Origin: Octopus sinensis
Taxonomy: Eukaryota
Direction of reading: 5' to 3'
Length of the DNA stretch: 64,000 nucleotides
Assembly: GCF_006345805.1 (NCBI RefSeq)
Contig: NC_042997.1
Coordinates: forward strand, 158,224,001 to 158,288,000
The position numbers were made by a program, and so were the translations under genes. How positions within the stretch are numbered: the first letter of the stretch is position 1; every line of letters starts with the position of its first letter. This document shows positions 53,618-64,000 of this stretch, one piece after another. Under the pieces are notes generated by a model. The model searched no databases and was not told where the DNA came from. It saw nothing but the letters and a program-made list of their open reading frames with translations.

Positions 53618-53679
53618 GGGTCCTTAAAATAATACTGTGGATGCCCAGTTTAGTATTTTGTTGTATGGACCCAAAATAA
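53618..53679 (+). CDS. candidate terminal coding exon
   Basis: branch-like CTAAC 53594-98 plus gttttcttttcAG; phase 0 gives GSLK*, phase 1 gives xVLKIILWMPSLVFCCMDPK*. Confidence 0.25.
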
Positions 53680-54104
53680 TCTCATATGTAGCCTGGTTGA
53701 AACCACTGATCTAAAGAATGAAAGAGCAACAAGCCCGCAGACAGAGCATGAAACATACAATCACGTAAAGGGCAGCAAGATATGGATAATACTACATGAA
53801 TGACTGGCAATGAGTAATGAGGTCTGTCTACAAGCAATAGGAATATGTTTTGAATTTCGTGTATGAGTCTTTTGCTCCTTCGTGGGTGTCTAAATTTGGT
53901 GCTTATAAAGTTAAACAAATCCAAGCAGCAACACTTTCGTATGAATAAATATGGTGTAATCCTTCTTCTCAATGCTTCATATATAATAAAGCCCAAAACA
54001 GCACAAAAATTATTTGCAGAAATAGGAAAATATATAATGGAAACAATGTCATATTTTTCTCATTTTTCTTTCCTGTTTTACTTATGATTGCTATAATGTT
54101 TGCT

Positions 54105-54124
54105 TATATAAATACACACACACA

Positions 54125-54177
<53 letters not shown>

Positions 54178-54505
54178 GTTATATATATATATATATGTAT
54201 ATAATATGTATATATATATGTATATATATAAATATATATATACATGTAGATCTATATGTATGTATATATATATAAATATATGTATATATATGTATATATG
54301 TTTGTATATATATATGTATATATATAAATATATATATGTAGATCTATATGTATGTATGTATATGTATATATGTTTGTATATATATATATATGTATATATG
54401 TGTATATATGTATATGTATATGTATATATATGCATATAAATATATGTACACATATTTATATACATACATACACACATATATATATATGTATGTATATATA
54501 TAAAT
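54105..54505. repeat. (AC)n/(AT)n/(ATGT)n microsatellite field
   Basis: direct. Confidence 0.95.
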
Positions 54506-54791
54506 ATTTTAGTTTAGTTTGTCAATATTGCTTTATTGTACTCGTATAGTACAACATCGCATTCATCTTCTTTCTCAGGAATGGCGCCAACCAATTTAGT
54601 TAGACACCAGAACAGCTGGTATCAAATGTGTTCTGACATTTCATAATGACATTCTGTACAGAACATCAATTAATAATATCCAATAGCTGTTTTCATTTTG
54701 TTTGTGACCAATGAGCCCCTACTTCCCAGATAATTGAAACAAACACATTTACTGACACTTACATTTGCAACCACACAACCACACACGTCAA

Positions 54792-54835
<44 letters not shown>

Positions 54836-54936
54836 TATATATATAATATTATTAGAGACAAAACCACTATTTTGCAAAACAAACAAGGAAAGACTTAATC
54901 AATACATAAAATTTTAATAAAAAGTCAAAAAAACCG

Positions 54937-54979
54937 CCACTACAATTGTTTCTTGTCTTGATCGACAATCTTCAGGTGG
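54937..54979 (-). ncRNA. minimal 43-nt type I hammerhead ribozyme
   Basis: minus strand CCAC-CUGAAGA-UUGUC-gaucaa-GACAA-GAAA-CAAUUG-UA/GUGG. Confidence 0.8.
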
Positions 54980-55349
54980 ACTTCCAATCTAAAATATCAA
55001 TATTTTAAAATATAAAAATAATAATTTTAAAATAATTAAAGTATTAATGAAAAAATATAAATATATAATCTATTTATAACCTATATATAATCCATATATA
55101 ATCAATATATAAATAATATATAAACTAAAATAAACCTATCAACAATTAAATATAAAATATAAAATATAAAATATAAAATATAAAACAAAACAAAAATAAA
55201 CTATATATACACCCATACACATATAACTAATTATATATAACCATATCTAAATACATACACTAAATCACACACCTATATATATATCCCTATACATACACAT
55301 AAAAACGTCTAGGCAACGATAAATAAATAAAATAGCTAAATACTTCAAC

Positions 55350-57360
55350 ACTACTACGAATTCCTTATCAAAACTACCATGATAAACCAAAACTCATAAA
55401 AACATATAATGATAAAATCTCCCTTTATTAAACTCTATAACATACCTATATAGCAATCCCCCTAACCTAAATATTCACACACAAATACACACACGTAAAC
55501 CACACACCCACGACATATACAAATACCCACCCCACTTACACATACCTATACATACATATAAACCACAACATATACTCCAAAAACCCACTCAACCCCACAC
55601 AGACAAATAAACACATACATCCCCAAACCTAAATAGCAAACCCATAAACACATTCACACACAAATATACATACGTAAAACACACACCATATACATATACA
55701 TACTCACCAAACTCGATATATACAACAATATTAACACACCCACATTCATACAGATAAACAAACTACACAACCAAAATACGCACACACTCACACACAATCC
55801 CACATACATAAACACTCCAAAGAAAAACAACATTATTACATGTATATATAATATACATCGTAAGTAACCAGAATATCAAAAATAACAATATGACATAAGG
55901 AGAAATAATATACATACTTTCAAGTCAGTTTCAAATTATGAAGTGAAATTAAATTCTAATCCGTTAAAAAGATCAAACCAAATTACGTTACCATAGGAAC
56001 ATAACTTATGTATAAAAAGAATACGCGCTATTGAAGCAAACCTCACTTAAAATTATGAATGGAGAAATAGAATAAATGGAATTAAAAATTATATACACGC
56101 GGTAAACCAACATTATTTTAAAAAATTATGAATGGATTCTTTTATAAAACTACCATGATAAACTAAAACTCACAAAAAACATAAATGATAAAACCTCCCT
56201 TTACTAATCCCTATAACATACTTATATAGCAATCCCTTTAACCTATACATTCACACACAAATACACACACGTAAACCACACACCCATAACAAATACAAAC
56301 ACCCACCCCACCCACACACACCCACAAGTACATATAAGCCTCAACATATACACCAAACAAAATTACGTTACCAAGGAACTTAACATATGTATAAAAAGTA
56401 TTCCCGCTCTGGAAACGAACATCTTTTAAAATTATGAATGGAGAAATGGAATAAATGGAATTAAAAATAATATTCACGTGGCAAAACGAACACCACTCAA
56501 AAATTATGAATGAAACAATGTAATAAAACAACAAACATCGTAAATAGACAAATTACCACGAATTCCCTAAAAAAAACCATGATAAACCAAAACTCATAAA
56601 AACATATAACGATAAAATCTCCCTTTGCTAAACTCTATAACAAACCTATATAGCAATCCCCCTAACCTAAACATTCACACACAAATACACACACGTAAAC
56701 CACAGACCCACGACTTATACAAATACCCACCTCACTCACACATACCTATACTAACTTATAAACCTCAATATACACCAAAAACCCACTCCCTCCCCACACA
56801 GACAAAATAACACATACATCCCCAAACCTATATAACAAACCCATATACACATTCACACACAAACACACACACACGCAAAACACACACACACAACAGATAC
56901 ATATACTCCCTCACATATACGCATATACATACTCACTAAACTCGATATATACAACAATATTTACACACCCACACTCATACAGATAAATAAATTATACAAC
57001 TAAAAAACGCACACACTCACACACAATCTCACATACATAAACACTCCAATAAAAACAACATTAAATACATCGTAATTAACCAGAATATCAAAAATAACAA
57101 TATGACATAAGGAGAAATAAAATACATACTTACAAGTCAGTTTCAAATTATGAAGTGAAATTAAATTCTAAGCCGTTAAAAAAATCAAACCAAAAATTAC
57201 GTTACCATAGAAACATAACTAATGTATAAAAAGAATACGCGCCATGGAAAGCAAACGTCATTTAAAATTATGAATGGAGAAATAGAATAAATGGAACTAA
57301 AAACTATATCCACGTGGCAAACCAACACTACTTAAAAAAATTATTATGAATGGATTCTTT
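55350..57360. repeat. complex tandem duplication: two ~800-bp units flanking an internally deleted ~400-bp unit; A/C-rich, G-poor
   Basis: a(ct)accatgataaac(c/t)aaaactca recurs near 55371, 56147 and 56575; units 1 and 3 both end atgaatggattcttt. Confidence 0.9.
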
Positions 57361-58389
57361 AATATACACCAAACAAAATTCATGTGTGAAAAATAATTGT
57401 TGTATTAAAAATATATAAGTAAATAAATATGAATATGTATAAAAAATATATATATATATATTTATATTTATATTTAATAATATATTATTATTAATATTAG
57501 GAAATCAATATCAGAAAACTCCTCAGAAAAATATACATGTGTGAAAAATAATTGTTGTATTAAAAATATATAAGTAAATAAATATGAATATGTATAAAAA
57601 ATATATGTAAATATGTATAAATATATAATGTATGTGACAGTTTAAAAGTTTTGAATTACGATCGTTTCAAAGAAGTGTTGTTCCTATAATGAAATCCCAT
57701 ATTGATAAGCATTTATAGATAACTCTTCTGCTCTTCAGCGATATAGAATTTGAGTTTTGTATGACATATCGAATGGTAGGTTTTTTAAAATTTGAAGTAA
57801 AACTATAAAATGGTGATTGTGTGAGAGGTACATAAAAAATTAAAGATTACTGCTTTTGGTGAGAGTCTTTAAATCCATATATACTTCCTTGGTTAGTCTT
57901 CTGCAATAATCCATAATATTCATATGTCGGAGCCATATCATATCATGCAACACACGAAGGCTATCTGTGCTGGAATGAAGTCTATTCCTCCGTGCACTCT
58001 TCTGAGATACAGTCTGTTGAGATAACTTTCCTAAGGAAATTTGCAGCTATTCTCAGTTTCTTACGGGCTTTAATATACGAGATGCGGATTTCCTAAATAG
58101 ACAATCAGAGTAACTTAAATGTTGCTTCGCGTTAGGGTTGGGAAGGACAGCTCGCCATAGGAACTATGCCAAACCGATTTTGGATATCACCGTAATGTTG
58201 AACCCTATCAAACTGTCAAAACCTTGCCAGAAGAGATATTAAATGATGACGAAGTTATGATGATGAGGTCTCTCTCTCTCTCTCTCTCTCTCACACAGAC
58301 ACACAGACACACACACACACAGAGAGACACACACACACACACAGAGACACACACACAGGATGCACTCTCCAGGCGAAGACTATGTATGA

Positions 58390-58645
58390 CAGTTCAGCTT
58401 TTGTCGAATGACGTGCACAAGTATTTTGTTTATAGTGATCAAATGTTCGTGCCACACATTAGGTCACTCACTCCCTCAAATCGACGTTGATTGAAGAGAT
58501 GCACATTGTCCCACGCATCAGTTGTCGAAGTGATCACAGAGTAACGTGAAATGTTTTGCTCAAGAACACAACATACCCACCCTTTCTAGGAATTAATCTC
58601 ACGATTACGAGATCGTGAGAGAAACAACCTAACTGTGTACTCCAC
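58390..58645 (-). mobile_element. CORE-type SINE (family of 43095/44657)
   Basis: cagagtaacgtgaaatgttttgctcaagaacacaac..aggaattaatctcacgattacgagatcgtgag. Confidence 0.6.
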
Positions 58646-58682
<37 letters not shown>

Positions 58683-58684
58683 AA

Positions 58685-59058
58685 GGCGCAGACGTGGCTG
58701 TGTGACAAGAAACTTGTTTCCCAAGCGCATGTTTCCATGTTCCAACCCACTGTGTGGCAGCTTGGGCAAGTATCTTCTACTACACTCTCGGGTCCGCCCA
58801 CCCAAAGTGTTGTATATATATGGATGTTTGTATAGATTTATGTGTGTGTCGTTCTGTCTGTGTTTATCGCTCTACAACTACCTTACAACTGGTGTTGATG
58901 TGTTTACGTGCCCGTAACTTAGCGGTACGGAAAGATTTGATTGATAAAATACTTGCTATGTTTTAAGGTAATTTGTCCTACTATCGAGTTGTTCAACTAA
59001 AATCATTCAAAGTAGTGCTCAAGAATGACTGTAGTGAAATGTCTAAGACAAGTAAAAA
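58685..59058 (+). mobile_element. full-length diverged tRNA/CORE SINE (family of 42606)
   Basis: ggcgcagacgtggctgtgtg head, cttgggcaagtatcttctact CORE-like segment, tail gacaagtaaaaac. Confidence 0.82.
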
Positions 59059-60140
59059 CTTATATATATAGGTATGTATGTATATGTATGTACAGACATC
59101 TATAGAAAGGTATATTGTTGAAGATGTTTCTTTCAATTTTATTACATAAAAATATTCGCTTAGTCTTCTTGCAAATTTTATGATTATTGTTATATTACAT
59201 AATTTGATTACACTTCAAACTTACTGTAGTGATTTGCTAGTCAATATTGTCAATAAACTTGTGAAATTTGTTTTTATTAATATCGAATTTTGTCAGATGT
59301 CTTATACTGGTTTTAGTATTTTCGTTGTTAGCAATTTAATATTCAATAATGCTGAGGTTGTTCACACCTGTCTGGGAGCTGAAAATGTTATAGTGGACAT
59401 ATATTTTCCTATTCATAACGTTGTTGTCATTGCCAGCTATCATTTTGCCGAAATGTTGATACAATTACATTGTTAGATATCTATGTCTGCTGTAATATGA
59501 CACAAAAGTTTACAGACAAACGAATGTAATCGATACCATTAGCCTAAGTTTGTCATCTTCAACTTAATATATAAAATGAAATAACATTTTATTTATAAAA
59601 CTAATCTTATATATATAATAGAACTCTGTGTGTATGCATGTGTCTATGTGTTTGCATGTGTCTGTTCCTTTTTCACGCGAAAATAGCTGTGCGAATTGGT
59701 TCTATATTTGGGGTGCATGAATAATTTGACCTGGGATACATAATACGGTCTTCATTCTATTTTTTTATTATTGAAAATAAATAATATTGCTTTATATATA
59801 GGATTCACTTCTTTAAAAATGTTTTTCAATGTCAACTTCCTGTATTTTAATATTTTCATTCTCATTTCGTGTTTTAATTCCCTATTTGCGAACATGTACA
59901 GTAAATTACTGAAAGAAACATTTACTAAGCAAGTGAGATTTTTTATAAATTGAATATTTGAAGAAAATTTGCTTTCTGAACTTCCATTTATTGAATATTT
60001 CAAGTTCCCAAATTTAAATATTTGGTACAATATAGATTTTATGGAGCTTTTATACGATTTCTTCATTTCTCTGTTTGCAATGTTCTCTCACCCACGCAAA
60101 CACCGTCTCTCTAATATAAACACCCCCCCACACACACACA

Positions 60141-60179
<39 letters not shown>

Positions 60180-60819
60180 ACACACAGTGTCTCTCTAATA
60201 TAAACACACACGCTGTCTCTGTAATATGAAACACACTCACACACTGCAGGTTTGAATTTGTTATTACACAAATATCACATTAGAATTTTGCAATTCAACA
60301 TTGGGCGTACAGAAGAATATGGACATTTTCCGCATACAGATACAAGGTATGATCAGCTTTGACTGTCGAACACCTAAATTAATTCAGTTTGCCACCATAA
60401 ACGTTTCTGTCCCTTTAAAAACGAATTCATTTATAAAGAGATTTTACCCACTTCAAAAACTAAATATTACAGTCTGCATACCAAAACTCCTTGACGGTAT
60501 ATCAGTGTGATTAACATAATGCTTTACTTCAAAGTAAATTTAGTTTGCTGTACACTTAAAATTTGCTATAGTAATAAATATCTTATAAATGATGTTTTCT
60601 TTAGTTTTTACTGCTATTTAATTAAAGGTTGATCAATAAACATATCCACGAGCAAAAGCATTAAGTATTTACGGTTAAATTTTTCAATGTGTGCTTCAAT
60701 TACTAAGACGGAAGAGTAAGATATGTAAGCAATTTCGTTAGTAGTTCCTGTGACCTAGTAAGGGATTTCACATAAGAATTAACTATTGGTAGCCATATGA
60801 AGATATATGCTAATATTAC

Positions 60820-60998
60820 CGGAAGAAATGCTTAGCGACATATTTTCTAACTTAAAGTTCTGAGTTCAAATTTCGCTAGCGTTGACTTTTTCATTATATC
60901 GAGGTCGATGAACCAAGTACCAGTTAATCACAGGGGTTGACGTAATCGATTTACTCGCTCCTCGAAAGTGCTGGCCTTGTACCAAAATTTGAAACCAA
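60820..60998 (+). mobile_element. SINE fragment (family of 38946)
   Basis: gttctgagttcaaatttcgct..gaggtcgat..aagtaccagtt..ggggttgacgtaatcgattt. Confidence 0.75.
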
Positions 60999-63900
60999 TA
61001 TGTGCATAACTACTGAAAAGGCTGATACATTTACACATTACATGGTCATGTGTGGTAACCTTTATCCACATCGATTTGCCTTGTATATTATTATGGGAAG
61101 CATTTAACAAACAATTATGTTGATATTCAACTTGAGAGAAAAAAAATTATCAAAAGTACTATATTTCTGATTTAATATTTTGATTATTGTACTTGGATAA
61201 AAAAAAAAAATCATTATTTTTAAGCTAACTATATAGGTTGAAAACAAACGCTATCAATTATAATATTGATTTGCTTTTAACTTATGCAACTGCGAAAGAG
61301 TTTTATCAAATCAACTTTAACAAGAGCTGTTTATTTACAGATCAATAACAGTATGAAGTGTTAAAAATAACAGCAAGCAAAACAAAGTAATTGATATTAC
61401 GTGTGTTTCGTCAACAGTATGTAATTATTTAGAAGGCCCATCTAAATATTTGTGAATACATTCCTTATGTTTTCTTCATTTTCCCTGGCTATCAAGTAAG
61501 CATATCAAGATTATAAGGGAAACTTTCTGGTGTGATTGAAGCCGATAACTTGATAAAGTATTTCAGTTTGACGGGAAATATCGACAAGTGTCTACTGTCT
61601 TCGGAAATGTAATTTCCTAAGATTGTTATTTTATTTAGATAAACTTATGTATTGCTTCAATCGTTATCCACCAATAACACTAGTAAATATCATACACACA
61701 TAAATTCATATACACTGAGGCACGCAAATGAGATATATACATACCTATATATATATATAAGTACACGTATGCATACGCGCATGCATAGATATATGTGAGT
61801 GTCTTTGCGTTTGCGTGTGTGTACATGTGTACGTATATGTATATTTATGTGTGTAAATATGTACGTATATAAATATTTATATATATTCACTGATACAATA
61901 GCAGCTTCTTTGCCAGATGTTTTTACTCGTTATTATCTTTTGATCACTTAATGTTTGTTTTAAAGTTCTAAATTCGCACTTCTAATCTCCTCTTTAAACA
62001 CTGATCTTTAAAAAAAAACGTTGTTCCTTGGTCGATTTAAGCTCACAAGCATGCCTACGTCATACACAACAACAACAATAACATCAACAATAAGAACACT
62101 GGGGAAATGTGATAAATATCACCAGCTATAAACAATGCCGCAGTAGAATGAATAACATAAGTTTGATAGTTATATTAAAATAACGAAAATGTAATTAACG
62201 AAGCAATAAATAAATTCTAAAGAGCAACGTTTAGTTCGAGAATACGCACTAATAGAATTTTATAGAGCTTCGGCAATTTTTTGTTAACCTTTGCTTTATT
62301 AAAATGTGTGTAATTAAAACAATGATCTAGTTGTCGCCACTTCCAGTAACACACACGCTTATGCAAATGACACACCCATTCATTCCTCCGCAATCTTCTT
62401 TAGTCATGTATCATTCCATATGCAAGTTAGATACCATACGTCAAAACTTGCTTGATTCCGTAAACGCATATCTTGAGCGCATCCTCCAGCGTTGAGGTGC
62501 CAAACTTTTCCTCTTTTAGTTGCACAACCGCGAAAACAAAAATCTCACTCAATTCTACTCTAACAAAAAAATCTACTGTGCTACATTTCTTATGAATCCG
62601 AGTGGCACTCAGCTATCCGTCTCACAGTGGATCCAAAGGCTGGGTTTGATTATCACCAAGGCTTTCTAGTGGCGAAATGATATCCATGGCATCATTAGTA
62701 CTAATTTCTAAAGATTGGCCTTTCTGTTTTTGGACAGAGAGTAATTAAGCGCCCAACTGCTGCTGGTACTTTACAAGAGTTAAGGGTAGTACACAATGCT
62801 CTCACATCTAGAACGTTGTTGCTACTATGCACACTGATATCATGGATCATACAGCTAAATGACACTCCATTGGTTATAAATGCTTTCCAGCCTCCGACTG
62901 GTATGCATCTAGCATCAAATTTCTCCTTTTTAAATAGTACTATAATGACCTCTTCTCTTCATACATGGTTGACCTCATACCAATATCATTCAGGTAGCCC
63001 TGATTTACTCTTCCCTATAACTTTGGTGGGGTGAAGTGGCGATCCAACTCTCTTACTCTGCATTAGGCACTATACTTATTCAACCATCATCAAAGAACTG
63101 GACCTTTCGAATTCCAGCAGTTTAAACAAAGCAAAAACTTCCTCTTAATTCACTCACACGGATTACGTCACAAACGTTCAAACACACACACACACACATT
63201 TTAGGGAAGTACGTACATCGCAATGCTCTTCGTAAAATTCCATTTCTTGTCATATGTTTGAAGCTAGGAAGAACAGGATTACTCATTACAATATAGCATT
63301 GAGGTTGGTGATTTACTGTATCTTGTATGGCATCTCATCTGTCTGAATTGAAATTACACATAAATTAATGAAAAGACGACGTGATCGAGATGTTCGACCA
63401 ATTTTGACAATACGGAATATTAAGGAATGACGCTAAAGCACGGGGAATTAATGGATGGCTTGGTTATAGCAAAATCATATTAATTGTGTTGTTATAGCTT
63501 GCATGAAATGCATGAATGAAACTGTTTAAATTAAACACTTTTATGAATCATATATATTGTGTTAAAACTTTTAGCAAAAGCCAAAGAGGAGCCATTACAA
63601 GAACTACATCGCTTTGATAAGGAATCGGATAATACGTTTCATCTTCGATTCTCACTTAGAACTATTGATTTCTGACTGTTGGGGAATTGAATCGCCGATT
63701 CAAATTTAACTACATTTCATATTCAGCAACGCCAATGAAATTTAGAAACAGTTTTGCTTCTCAGGACTGTTACAGCACCTTTACGTTTTTATTTAGGAAA
63801 AAGTCGCCTCCGATCCTTACCGAGTCAATACAACAATTTTAAGGGGGTTTCTCAGAATTGTGAGACTTGTGCTTAAATTAGAAATTTGTTCTCATAAGCC

Positions 63901-64000
63901 TAATCAATATTTACAGAAAATGCTGGCGAATGTTTTAATGTACTTTGCACATTACGGTAGAACGGAGTTGGAGATCTGAAAGTGAATGCGATTCAACCTT

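Noticed and set aside
62780-63060. Possible gypsy integrase remnant on the minus strand
   Set aside because: Only a loose PLH..LPE..W.EV resemblance with stops; no LTRs or other pol motifs

Overview
AT-rich, microsatellite-dense eukaryotic DNA. The SINE families and repeat landscape look like an Octopus/cephalopod genome (inference from recall, not a database search). There are no prokaryotic features, CRISPR arrays, rRNA or true tRNA genes, and most ORF-track entries are microsatellite artefacts. Main content: (1) A nest of R4/Dong-type RLE non-LTR retrotransposons in (TAA)n tracts at ~8.6-17.1 kb, including a near full-length copy (10721-14402) whose frame breaks are almost all single-base losses in homopolymers. 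(2) A full-length DD34E Tc1 transposon with an open transposase ORF and ~210-bp IR/DR-type TIRs (50808-52427), plus decayed Tc1 and mariner copies. (3) Several Penelope-like remnants and a set of type I hammerhead ribozyme motifs with palindromic stem III: two canonical (26878-26965 minus, 54937-54979 minus), one U4C variant (5601-5730 plus) and three degenerate. The 5601 and 26878 motifs have long, hairpin-capped stem II. (4) A foldback-like element with subrepeated TIRs enclosing a LINE ORF1 remnant (35112-37710). (5) A ~546-bp palindrome centred on (AT)n (29893-30438). (6) Many tRNA/CORE-type SINEs. (7) A speculative chain of small phase-compatible plus-strand exons, which suggests the window may be largely intronic.
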